Below, piece after piece: positions 30,470-39,599 of a stretch of 64,000 nucleotides of DNA. Source of the stretch: Rikenellaceae bacterium (GTDB taxonomy: Bacteria > Bacteroidota > Bacteroidia > Bacteroidales > UBA932); NCBI GenBank assembly GCA_003513895.1, contig DOSU01000148.1:21378-85377 (forward strand), given 5' to 3'. Numbering within the stretch: position 1 is the stretch's first letter; each line of letters starts with the position of its first letter. Under the pieces are notes generated by a model. It worked only from the letters and a program-made list of their open reading frames with translations. It was not told the DNA's origin and did not search any database. The position numbers were made by a program, and so were the translations under genes.

Positions 30470-31286
30470 TATTAATTAAATTTTTAGTCATAACAATATC
30501 ATAAAAATTCTCCATTTGAAAACCGTAGTGCTTATACCTTACCACTGCATTTTCGTTTGATAAAATTACCCAAAAGAACATTAACCGGACATCCTTACTG
30601 TCCGAAAAATACTTGTTCAGCAAAGCTGACCCAATTTTTTTATCCCGGTGTCCGGGATGAACAAACCAATATCTTAAATATGAAGAGAACCCCTTATTTA
30701 TATATATAACAAAACCAAGAATCTGACCGTCTGATGAATATACGCTTACATTCCCGTTGGCTATCCATTTTTTAACCTCATCTGTACCGGGTAATTGTTC
30801 GGATACCGGATCGAAATAAGTATAAAGCAAATCAAGGATATTTTCTGCATGTGTAATTTTTGCTGGTAATATATGGCTATTTATCGCAAAATGTTCATTG
30901 TCAGAAACCTTTCTGCTCATTCTGCATAATTTTGCGTATTCGCCAAAGCCTGAATTAATAAAGGCATTTGACGTCAAGCCAATATCAGGCATTTTTCCAA
31001 CCAGATCAACCACAAAACGAACATCATTCATTTCGTGATTTAAATGAATAAGTGCTTTTTGTAATGAATCATATGAAGCCGTGACAAAATACAAATTCCG
31101 AAAGTCTTTATTAGAGCGTAACAATAGCAATGTTTCTGCATGTTGAAAAAAATGCAGGTTTCCGGAATTAATCCAACGGGTAACAATTTCGATATCGGGA
31201 TAGAAATTTGTAATTATACCTTTCTTCCCCTCTTTTAAAAATTTTATCTTATCAATTATTTCCTGATAATTAAAAATTTTATCCAT
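30450..31286 (-). CDS. GNAT-family N-acetyltransferase
   Basis: YWFVHPGHRDKKIGSALL (acetyl-CoA motif A), NENAVVRYKHYGF. Confidence 0.8.
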   Translation of the reverse strand: MDKIFNYQEIIDKIKFLKEGKKGIITNFYPDIEIVTRWINSGNLHFFQHAETLLLLRSNKDFRNLYFVTASYDSLQKALIHLNHEMNDVRFVVDLVGKMPDIGLTSNAFINSGFGEYAKLCRMSRKVSDNEHFAINSHILPAKITHAENILDLLYTYFDPVSEQLPGTDEVKKWIANGNVSVYSSDGQILGFVIYINKGFSSYLRYWFVHPGHRDKKIGSALLNKYFSDSKDVRLMFFWVILSNENAVVRYKHYGFQMENFYDIVMTKNLINNEKENN

Positions 31287-32802
31287 TATTGGCCAAGTTA
31301 TAAAGCGTTATCCTATCAAGTTTCCCGTTTGTGTTTCTTGGCAATTCTTCCATTTTATGAAACACTGTAGGAACCATATATTTTGGAAAAACAGTCCCGA
31401 TTGCTTTTTTCATTTCTGCAACCGAAAGTTCTTTCGTACATTCGTAAAACAGAGTAATTTCTTTCTTCTCTCTGTTATAAACAACACATCCGGCATCAAC
31501 TAATTTTAGGGTATTTACAATTACATGCTCAATTTCACCTAGTTCAACCCTGTATCCCATGTGCTTTATAAGACTGTCCTTCCTCCCTCTGAATACCATT
31601 TCACCTCTGTCATTTTTAATAACAATGTCTCCGGTTCTGTAAATTATTTCGGGATATGACTTGTTGAGCGGATTCTGGATAAATGATGCAGAAGTTTTCT
31701 CGGGATTGTTGTAATATCCCATTGCAAGTGATGTCCCTCTTATACAAAGTTCCCCCTCTTCATTCTCAGAAACAATTTGATTATCGGAGTTTAATATTAG
31801 GATGTCAGTATTTCTGCAAGGGAATCCGATAGGTATAGGCTCATCATCTCTTAGTTCACGGTCAACAACAAAAAATGTACAGTCAACTGAGGCTTCAACA
31901 GGTCCGTAAAGATTTACAAATGTGGCTCCCGGCATGTTCTTTTTCCAATAGTTAAATTGTTTTGTAGGGAAAACTTCACCAGCAAACCAAACCATTTTAA
32001 TCAACGGTAATGGGAACTTACTCAGCAAATCCATATTTGCAATATTCACCATTATCGAAGGCACCCAAAAAATATAAGTGACATTATGCTTTTTTAGTAC
32101 CTCAAGTAATTTCACAGGAAACGAAGCCATTTGATTGTCAAGAAGGACAAGCGTTACACCCTTAGACATCATCAGGCATATTTCATAATTATAGTGATCG
32201 AATACAGTAGGTGATAAAACGCCAAGAATTTCTTCTCCGGTAAACCCGAATGAATTAATAGCCCATTCAGTATAATCAATATAGCTTTTGTGATTTAGTA
32301 CGACTCCCTTGGGCGTGCCGGTAGAGCCGGAAGTATTAATAATGCATAGAGGATCGGTGTCAATTAATTTTGATTTTATCTCTTCAAGGACATTGTAGTC
32401 AACGGATTGGTTTAAATCGGTTTTTTTTAAAATTAATAGCGGGATATCACCTTTAATGCTTATAATATCTTCTGAATATTTTTCGTTTGTAATAATTGCC
32501 GCCGGCTTTATCTGCTCAAGAATACTATTTATCCGTGCAAGGGGAGTCTTGACATCCAGATTCATATATATATTGCCACTATAAGTAATTGCAATATCTG
32601 AAATTATGCATTCTGCAGACTTGGGCAAAAAAACAGCTATTGGCTTATTGTATAAGTTTAGTCCGGACAATTCAATTGCAAAATTCCGGGCATTTTTACG
32701 TAATTCTGAAAAAGACATTTCGCAGTCTCCATCAATTATTGCAATTTTCCCGGGAATATTTCCTGTTGTTTTCTCGAAGTATTCAATGATATTGATATTC
32801 AT
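31279..32802 (-). CDS. Stand-alone amino-acid adenylation enzyme (DltA-like)
   Basis: NTSGSTGTPKG, NLYGP.E, GELCIRG, YRTGD, GRKD..IKHMGYRVELGEIE, NGKLDR; no fused carrier domain. Confidence 0.9.
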   Translation of the reverse strand: MNINIIEYFEKTTGNIPGKIAIIDGDCEMSFSELRKNARNFAIELSGLNLYNKPIAVFLPKSAECIISDIAITYSGNIYMNLDVKTPLARINSILEQIKPAAIITNEKYSEDIISIKGDIPLLILKKTDLNQSVDYNVLEEIKSKLIDTDPLCIINTSGSTGTPKGVVLNHKSYIDYTEWAINSFGFTGEEILGVLSPTVFDHYNYEICLMMSKGVTLVLLDNQMASFPVKLLEVLKKHNVTYIFWVPSIMVNIANMDLLSKFPLPLIKMVWFAGEVFPTKQFNYWKKNMPGATFVNLYGPVEASVDCTFFVVDRELRDDEPIPIGFPCRNTDILILNSDNQIVSENEEGELCIRGTSLAMGYYNNPEKTSASFIQNPLNKSYPEIIYRTGDIVIKNDRGEMVFRGRKDSLIKHMGYRVELGEIEHVIVNTLKLVDAGCVVYNREKKEITLFYECTKELSVAEMKKAIGTVFPKYMVPTVFHKMEELPRNTNGKLDRITLYNLANNG

Positions 32803-32838
32803 TATTATTCAGGATTAAATTGAATCATGTTTTCTAAG

Positions 32839-32846
32839 CAAAACTA
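32839..32846 (-). promoter_or_regulatory. -7 element (TAGTTTTG) for the adenylation-GNAT-ACP-FabH operon
   Basis: caaaacta on +, 37 nt before the start codon. Confidence 0.45.
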
Positions 32847-32929
32847 ATAATATTTCAAGACTTATTATGCTTTTTGATACTCTTTGAATCAAAAGAATAT
32901 TGTATTAGTTTTACATAAAATTAATAAAT

Positions 32930-33718
32930 ATGAAAATCGGAAGTCCAATTGACAAAGATTCCTTGTTAATTAAAAAAAGGCTAATTGTTCTGGAAGTAGG
33001 GCCGGGGAGCAATCCCACAAGAAGATCAAATGTACTTGTTGAAAAATTTGTAAACGATAATAGACACAGAAGAGGGGATTTCAAAATTTATCCTCATCAG
33101 AAATTAATTCAGGCAGATGGTGAAACCCTTCCATTTAAAGATAAAGAGTTTGACTATGTGATTTGCAGTCATGTGCTTGAGCATGCCGAAGATCCGGCTA
33201 AGTTCGTAAATGAACAGGTAAGGGTATCAAAAATGGGATATTTAGAAGTTCCCAGCCTAATTGGAGAATTTCTGGCTCCAAAGTCTTCACATAAATGGGT
33301 TATTCTGGACATTGATGACAAACTTGTGCTTTATGAAAAATCAAAACTTCCATTTGACTTTTCACCCGATTTTGGCAATGTTTTCCTTAACTACCTACCT
33401 TATAAATCGCTGTTATACAAACTATTGTGTATGTCAAAGCAGAATTTTCTCGCTGTCAAATATGAGTGGAAGGATTCTGTAGATATAATTGTTAATCCGG
33501 AAGACGAATACTATAAATCCTTTTTTACTGAAAGATGGACTCCCGAAATGGTTCAAAAGATTTTCCCGCAAAGATCTGTAGGGAAAGAACTGTCCGAAAT
33601 ATTTAAATCTTTCTCGTACTATGCCAGAAGCAAGTTTAGAAGAACAGTTTTCCCGTCAGCAGAGCCTTTTTCTTATGAGGAATATATAAACCAGGGCAAA
33701 TCAGAAATAATCAATTGA
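32930..33718 (+). CDS. Class I SAM-dependent methyltransferase
   Basis: VLEVGPG, ADGETLPFKDKEFDYVICSHVLEH. Confidence 0.85.
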   Translation: MKIGSPIDKDSLLIKKRLIVLEVGPGSNPTRRSNVLVEKFVNDNRHRRGDFKIYPHQKLIQADGETLPFKDKEFDYVICSHVLEHAEDPAKFVNEQVRVSKMGYLEVPSLIGEFLAPKSSHKWVILDIDDKLVLYEKSKLPFDFSPDFGNVFLNYLPYKSLLYKLLCMSKQNFLAVKYEWKDSVDIIVNPEDEYYKSFFTERWTPEMVQKIFPQRSVGKELSEIFKSFSYYARSKFRRTVFPSAEPFSYEEYINQGKSEIIN

Positions 33719-34859
33719 TATAGCTAAAGGAAGAATTGCTGTGCAAACTGTCGGCCACGGAAGGGATATACCAGTCCGACCCGATATCACCTCCTCCTTC
33801 TGCCCATACTTTAAAGTTGGGATAAGCATGGTAAATCTTAACCCATTCCAGCGGATGGCGAATAGATTTGTCGCTGATGATTGCCCACACCCAGTTGTCG
33901 ATTGTGGAAAAATCAGTTTTGGGTCTTGTACTTAAAAAATACTGGAAATTGAATTTTTGTGTTGGTTTTTGTCCCTTAAAATGGACCTCTCTTCCTCTGG
34001 TACCAAAGCAGGCAAATATGTCAAGATTGATTTTCCCTGTTTGCACAGTATCCAAAAAAGTCATATTTGAAAATGAAAATAATTTTGTGGACTTTATTAT
34101 TACCTGTACAGTGAATGACTCGGTATTTGTAAAAGGATCGACATCCCGGACATTAATGAAGAGGTCTTCGTCATTATCAAAATAATTTCTGAAATCTCCT
34201 GTTATTGGGGCTACCTGAGAAGTAGTCACACCTATTTCCGTAGAGTACCCTTCTGAATTGTCGGTAACATTAAACAAGGGAGAAAGGACGGGGTCCGAAG
34301 AGTGAAGTATAGTTTCAACAATATCTAATGCCACATCTGAGTTTAGATTTGCGGCAAGACCTATTTGAGGATAAGAGCTGCCGATTGCTCTTGGCTGAAT
34401 ATTAATATTAAAGCCAAGGAGTTTTGCTTTATTGTCAAGAAGATACTCGATATTGAGTCCGAAAACAATATCATTCATATCCATATCTCCTTTGGATGGG
34501 AACAAATCCTCAAACATGACCGTTGCATACTTGTTTTTGCAGGGGAAGTAGACTTTTTGTTTCACCTTACTACTTTTGATGGATTTCGTCTCTGCCTGGG
34601 ATTGTTCCTGGACGATATTCAGATTTGTATTTTTTCCAACAGTTATACCATACTCTCCCGGCGGCAAAAAAGAAGCAATTGTGTCGCCTTCATCGTCAAG
34701 GATACTTGAAACAACAGAAATATTAACTTTTTTTGCCTCAATTGTTTTCCAGTCAAAGTCGCTTGGAACATCAAGCACTTTTACATAAGTATCTTCAGGA
34801 AACTTAATGCATGAAGAACAAAAAAGAATAACGAAAAATAATAATATAAATTTTCTCAC
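33711..34859 (-). CDS. LruC/DUF4842-domain lipoprotein
   Basis: Lipobox CSSC-IKFP; PSDFDWKT; FEDLFPSKGDMDMNDIV, EVHFKG, WVWAI, HPLE..KI.HAYPNF..W; GTG start. Confidence 0.78.
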   Translation of the reverse strand: MRKFILLFFVILFCSSCIKFPEDTYVKVLDVPSDFDWKTIEAKKVNISVVSSILDDEGDTIASFLPPGEYGITVGKNTNLNIVQEQSQAETKSIKSSKVKQKVYFPCKNKYATVMFEDLFPSKGDMDMNDIVFGLNIEYLLDNKAKLLGFNINIQPRAIGSSYPQIGLAANLNSDVALDIVETILHSSDPVLSPLFNVTDNSEGYSTEIGVTTSQVAPITGDFRNYFDNDEDLFINVRDVDPFTNTESFTVQVIIKSTKLFSFSNMTFLDTVQTGKINLDIFACFGTRGREVHFKGQKPTQKFNFQYFLSTRPKTDFSTIDNWVWAIISDKSIRHPLEWVKIYHAYPNFKVWAEGGGDIGSDWYIPSVADSLHSNSSFSYIN

Positions 34860-34875
34860 TCCTCAAAATTTTAAC

Positions 34876-36075
34876 TTAATCAAAGTATGTAAAGTTAATC
34901 TTTGTAAAGAGACTATCCAAAACTTTTGAACCATACCAATTGGTCATGTTCTGAGTTGAAACCCATAATGCAAAATCGGGATAAGCATTATTAATCCTAA
35001 CTGTCTCAAGAGGGTGTCTTACGGACTTATCACTCATAATTGCCCACACCCAGCTATCGTATGCAGATGAAAAATCTGTTCTTCCTGTTGGTTCAAAAGT
35101 TGCCAAGTTGAAATACATTGAAGGTAACTGCCCTTTAAAGTGAACTTCTTTGCTTTTATTTTCAAAAGCAGTGTAAATTGAAATATTAACCTTGTTTATG
35201 TTGTAAGCATCAAGTAAAGTAAATGAATTATAGGCAATTACGGAGTTTAATGACACTTTGGCGGTGAACTTATTACTTAGTGTTGAAGTTCCAATATTGA
35301 AAACATTAACAAAAGGAGTATATGTAGGAGGACTTATAAAGAAACTCCTGAAATTTCCGGTGAACGGAGCAACTTTATAATCGGCATTCAACTGGTCACT
35401 TGGATTTACAGGATTAAAATAACCGTTTTTCGGATCAACATTATAAATAGGAGCCAAATCGGAGTGATCGTTTGAAATGCCAGGATAATCAGCACTGCTT
35501 CTGGCCACCTTGCTAACCTGAACAGCCATTCCGGTGAAATTTGCTCCAATGCCGATATATGTTTGAGTGCTGCCAACTGCTCTTGGCTCTATGTTGAAAT
35601 TTATAGCAACAACCCTTGCATTCTTGTCGAGGTCGTATTCAATATTAAGACCGAATACAACATCGTTCATGTCTTTATCGCCTGAGTAAGGGAACAGGTC
35701 TTCAAACATTACAGTAGCATACTTGTTTTCACAAGGGAAATATACTCTGGATTTAGTTCCTGTCGAAGGAGTTGAAATTGCTTTTGTAGAAATGTCAAGA
35801 TTTGCACTTGAAGCAACAGTAGTAAGAACAGACCCTTTGCCAACATACAGATTATACTCTCCCGCAGGAAGGTTCAATGCAACTGTATCTCCGTCTTGAT
35901 TAACAACAGAGAATACTCCGGTTGAAGAAACTGTTTTTGTTTCAATCGTTTTCCAATCGAAATTTTCGGCTATTTTCAGGCCATCTTTAGTTGCACCGGG
36001 ACGAGAAGCCGGGAATTTTACGCAGGATGACATAAATATTATCGTCCCAATTATAATATAAATTAAATTTTTCAT
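34876..36075 (-). CDS. LruC/DUF4842-domain lipoprotein, tandem paralog of 33711..34859
   Basis: MSSC-VKFP; ENFDWKT; VYFPCENKYATVMFEDLFPYSGDKDMNDVVFG, nearly identical to its neighbour; EVHFKG; HPLE. Confidence 0.78.
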   Translation of the reverse strand: MKNLIYIIIGTIIFMSSCVKFPASRPGATKDGLKIAENFDWKTIETKTVSSTGVFSVVNQDGDTVALNLPAGEYNLYVGKGSVLTTVASSANLDISTKAISTPSTGTKSRVYFPCENKYATVMFEDLFPYSGDKDMNDVVFGLNIEYDLDKNARVVAINFNIEPRAVGSTQTYIGIGANFTGMAVQVSKVARSSADYPGISNDHSDLAPIYNVDPKNGYFNPVNPSDQLNADYKVAPFTGNFRSFFISPPTYTPFVNVFNIGTSTLSNKFTAKVSLNSVIAYNSFTLLDAYNINKVNISIYTAFENKSKEVHFKGQLPSMYFNLATFEPTGRTDFSSAYDSWVWAIMSDKSVRHPLETVRINNAYPDFALWVSTQNMTNWYGSKVLDSLFTKINFTYFD

Positions 36076-36167
36076 TTTAAAGTGCCTCCATCACTAATTC
36101 TTCCTTTTAAAAGAAATAACGAGTAGAATCTTGTTTTTAAGTTTGTCACCAAACAATCTGCAGTATG

Positions 36168-36175
36168 CAAATGTA
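36168..36175 (-). promoter_or_regulatory. -7 element (TACATTTG) for the tandem LruC pair
   Basis: tgcaaatgta on + reads TACATTTGCA on -. Confidence 0.5.
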
Positions 36176-36328
36176 AAAAATATTATTAAATATCAAAAAT
36201 AAATTTGGAATTAGGAATATTATTATATATCTTTAAATCCAATTTTTGATGGAATGGCGCTTAAGGAGCTGATATTGAGAAAGTAGCGCAGTGCAGTTTT
36301 ATTAAAGAAGTATGATAAGAATCGAAAA

Positions 36329-36748
36329 ATGAAAAATTCGATTTATATTATTTTATTTTTGGTTGCCGGGATATTGGTCTCTTGTGTAAAGTTTCCTAAT
36401 CCTGACCCGGGACCGGTTAAACCCACAGAGAAAATTACTTTGGGAGATGTTAAAATCTCCGACAGTTTTACCTGGAGCACATCAAAGAGTGTTGAGGTTA
36501 TCATTACTGGTTTGCCAACGATTGTTACAGTTAAATCTACGTTGTCATTATCACTTCAAGACGGGACCAGACTTTATAGTTTATTACATAATATGAGTCA
36601 GGATCTGAAAATAACAATTATAGTCCCATCTGAAACAACAAACCTAACTCTGAAATATGGCTCAATGGTTTACAATCTAAAGGTGATTGGCAATAAGACA
36701 ACATTCTCCTTTATACCAGATATTCCAGAAGAAATAGAGGTGCAGTAG
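36329..36748 (+). CDS. Small lipoprotein matching only the N-terminal domain of the LruC paralogs
   Basis: LVSC-VKFP, Pro-rich linker, ISDSFTWST; beta-rich; no FED..GD.D.ND motif. Confidence 0.7.
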   Translation: MKNSIYIILFLVAGILVSCVKFPNPDPGPVKPTEKITLGDVKISDSFTWSTSKSVEVIITGLPTIVTVKSTLSLSLQDGTRLYSLLHNMSQDLKITIIVPSETTNLTLKYGSMVYNLKVIGNKTTFSFIPDIPEEIEVQ

Positions 36749-36767
36749 AAATATTAATATTACGGAA

Positions 36768-38261
36768 ATGAAAAAAAAATTATTTTCGATACTGTGCACA
36801 GTCGTCATATCCTCAACTGTGGTTTTGGGTCAATCGACCGTTACATTAGATGCAGAATCCAGCAGTGTTAACACATACAACGCAAATTGCTGGAGTTTGA
36901 TTCAGCAGGCAAGAACTGCCACACTCGTCATTGGAGGAGCTTATTCACTTGTAAATAGCAATACTACACCAAGCCTTGATTTTACCACTTCATACGTTAA
37001 GACACCATGGATGAAAATGGGGTCCGGGAATATTACATTCAGTGCAAGACTATCCGGTTCAACTACCGGCACAACGCTTAGCCGGGCAATAGTTGTTTCT
37101 TATATTCCGTACGACCCTTCCTCATTATTACCCTCAAAAGAAGGTTCTACTACAACATTCTATACATACAATTTTCTGCCGCCATTATCCGGCACTGGCA
37201 GCCAGACTATCCAAAATCTATCTGTTCCAATCCCTGTAGAAATAGCAAATTCAACGGGTGTTTATAAAATAATGGTAAGTTTTATTGGAGATGGAGGAGC
37301 AGGAAGGATAATTTCTGACAATTATATTTTTCCGGGGACATATGGCTCCGACCCTGCAAACAGTTGCCTGCCTGCACAGCCGTTTTTAGATGCCGACGAA
37401 GATGGTGTTCAGAATGATCAGGATATGTATCCGGCGGATGCATCAAGAGCGTATAATTCATATTATCCTTCTGAAGTCAGTTATGGAACACTGGCTTTTG
37501 AAGATAACTGGCCATCCAAAGGAGATTATGACTTTAACGATGTGGTTGTCGACTACAGGATGAAAACTGTTACAAATTCTTCAAATTTTGTGGTTGAGGT
37601 AATTGGTGAATTCATCTTGAAGGCTTCAGGAGCTATTTTTAATAATGGTTTTGGTTTTCAGCTTGATGGGATTGGTTCTGATAAAATATCCGGTGTTACC
37701 GGTAATTCGGTGTCTCCGTCTTCTCCTGTTTTCAATATAGCACCTAACGGGGTTGAATCCGGCCAAACATATGCGACTTGTATTGTATTCGATAATTTCT
37801 TCAATGTTATACCAAGAGGGCCAGATAAGCTTGTAAATACTATAAAGGAATCTTCTTATATATATCCAGCTGAGTTGACTGTTAATGTTGCTTTTGTTGC
37901 AAATTCAGTTCCTATTGGCGATTTCTCTTCTCTTGCTTTTAATTTTTTCATTGTTGCGGATGATACCAGGGGTAAAGAGATTCACCTTCCGAATAGGGTC
38001 CCTACAAATCTTGCCAATGCCTCTCTTTTTGGATTGAAAGACGACGATTCATCTATTCCTTTGGCGAAATATTATAAAACTTTAAACAACCTCCCCTGGG
38101 GGCTGAATATTATTCAGGGTTTCCAATATCCAATAGAGTTGGCCCCAATTAATGAAGTTTACCTTTATTTCATTGAATGGGCAGAGTCCAATGGTACGGC
38201 AAGAACAGACTGGTTCAGTAACACGGGTGCAGGATACAGAAACCAGTTCAAGGTTTACTAG
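36768..38261 (+). CDS. Secreted LruC/DUF4842-domain protein without a lipobox
   Basis: SPI-type signal (VVLG/QS); Asp-rich DADEDGVQNDQDMYP; FEDNWPSKGDYDFNDVV, EIHLP, LPWGL, YPIE, FIEWAESNG..DW. Confidence 0.8.
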   Translation: MKKKLFSILCTVVISSTVVLGQSTVTLDAESSSVNTYNANCWSLIQQARTATLVIGGAYSLVNSNTTPSLDFTTSYVKTPWMKMGSGNITFSARLSGSTTGTTLSRAIVVSYIPYDPSSLLPSKEGSTTTFYTYNFLPPLSGTGSQTIQNLSVPIPVEIANSTGVYKIMVSFIGDGGAGRIISDNYIFPGTYGSDPANSCLPAQPFLDADEDGVQNDQDMYPADASRAYNSYYPSEVSYGTLAFEDNWPSKGDYDFNDVVVDYRMKTVTNSSNFVVEVIGEFILKASGAIFNNGFGFQLDGIGSDKISGVTGNSVSPSSPVFNIAPNGVESGQTYATCIVFDNFFNVIPRGPDKLVNTIKESSYIYPAELTVNVAFVANSVPIGDFSSLAFNFFIVADDTRGKEIHLPNRVPTNLANASLFGLKDDDSSIPLAKYYKTLNNLPWGLNIIQGFQYPIELAPINEVYLYFIEWAESNGTARTDWFSNTGAGYRNQFKVY

Positions 38262-38279
38262 TTTTTATTTAAGATAGCC

Positions 38280-38320
38280 TCCCCTTTTCAATTATAATTA
38301 TATTTGAAAAGGGGATTTTT
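38280..38320 (+). terminator. Rho-independent terminator
   Basis: 12-bp stem tccccttttcaa / ttgaaaagggga followed by a T run, just after the stop at 38261. Confidence 0.75.
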
Positions 38321-38333
38321 TATATACAAAATG

Positions 38334-38341
38334 TATATTTG
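38334..38341 (+). promoter_or_regulatory. -7 element (TATATTTG) for the GT4 gene
   Basis: Exact TAnnTTTG match 20 nt before ATG 38362. Confidence 0.45.
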
Positions 38342-38361
38342 ATAAATGAAACTAAACTATA

Positions 38362-39507
38362 ATGAGCGTTAAACTAGCGTACTGCATACCAGCTTTATAT
38401 TCTGCCAGCGGGATGGAGAAAACTCTTACAATTAAGGCAAACTATTTCGCGGAGGTGTTTGGATATAATGTTTTTATAATTACAACTGATGGAGCAGGGA
38501 AACCGCCCGCCTTCTTGTTATCCGATAAAATTACAGTAATCAATTTAAATATTGATTTTGAATACATTTGGAATTATCCCATTTATAAAAAGGTTTTTAT
38601 TTATTTTTTTAAACAGATGCTTTATAAAAGGCGCCTATCCAAAACGCTGAAGCAGTTAAAACCCGACATTACAATATCTACTTTAAGACGGGAAATTAAT
38701 TTTATTACCAAAATTAATGATGGAAGCCGTAAAGTTGGTGAACTGCATTTCAACAAGAGAAATTACAGAGATTTGGATAAACATGATTCGCCTGGTTTTT
38801 TCAAATCGGTAATTTCAAGATTATGGATGAATCAACTTATCGGAAATTTGAAAAAGCTAGACAAGTTTGTTGTACTTAGCTATGAAGATAAAGAGCAATG
38901 GAACGAGTTGGAAAATGTATCGGTCATTTATAATCCATTAGAAAAACTTCCGGTGAAAACATCCGATTGCTCTGCGAAAAAAGTTATTGCAGCAGGAAGA
39001 TTTGTTCATGTAAAAGGTTATGATATGTTAATAAACAGTTGGAAAATAGTTTCTCAAAAACATCCTGACTGGACTTTGACAATATATGGTGCGGGGAATA
39101 AGGAATCCTTCAGAGTACAGGCAAAAGCCAATGGTATTGGAGATAAATGTGTTTTCGAAGAACCGGTTGGCAATCTGGATGATAAATTCAGAGAAAGTTC
39201 AATTTTTGCTTTCAGTTCAAGATTTGAAGGTTTTGGAATGGTAATAACAGAAGCAATGGCCAGTGGAATCCCTTCAGTTGCCTTTGCCTGCCCATGTGGC
39301 CCGAAAGAGATAATTAATGATGGAATTGACGGGATACTTGTTGAAAAAGGGGATATAAATTCTTTGGCAAAAAAGATCAGTTATTTAATTGAAAATGAAG
39401 GTGTTCGTAAAGAGATGGGTATAGCTGCAAGAAAGAGAGCGGAGCGATTTCAAATCGAAGTGATAGCAAAAGAATGGGAATCGTTGTTCAAAGAATTGAT
39501 GGTGTAA
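38362..39507 (+). CDS. GT4 glycosyltransferase
   Basis: SGMEK, GELHF, IYNP, AAGRF..KG, SSRFEGFGMVITEAMASG. Confidence 0.9.
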   Translation: MSVKLAYCIPALYSASGMEKTLTIKANYFAEVFGYNVFIITTDGAGKPPAFLLSDKITVINLNIDFEYIWNYPIYKKVFIYFFKQMLYKRRLSKTLKQLKPDITISTLRREINFITKINDGSRKVGELHFNKRNYRDLDKHDSPGFFKSVISRLWMNQLIGNLKKLDKFVVLSYEDKEQWNELENVSVIYNPLEKLPVKTSDCSAKKVIAAGRFVHVKGYDMLINSWKIVSQKHPDWTLTIYGAGNKESFRVQAKANGIGDKCVFEEPVGNLDDKFRESSIFAFSSRFEGFGMVITEAMASGIPSVAFACPCGPKEIINDGIDGILVEKGDINSLAKKISYLIENEGVRKEMGIAARKRAERFQIEVIAKEWESLFKELMV

Positions 39508-39538
39508 TCCAGTTATTTTCAATAAGCGAATGGAACAA

Positions 39539-39573
39539 AAAAGAGGGTCGTAAAATATTTACGATCCTCTTTT
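39539..39573. terminator. Bidirectional terminator between the convergent GT4 and LruC genes
   Basis: 16-bp stem aaaagagggtcgtaaa / tttacgatcctctttt with one G-T pair. Confidence 0.75.
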
Positions 39574-39599
39574 TATCTATTTATTAATTATAAATGTGT

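Noticed and set aside
29172..32802. Inverted cassette as an invertible or mobile element
   Set aside because: No recombinase or transposase and no flanking inverted repeats seen.
36329..38261. Pseudogene or frameshift of a single LruC gene
   Set aside because: The second ORF has its own start and signal peptide; both ORFs are intact.
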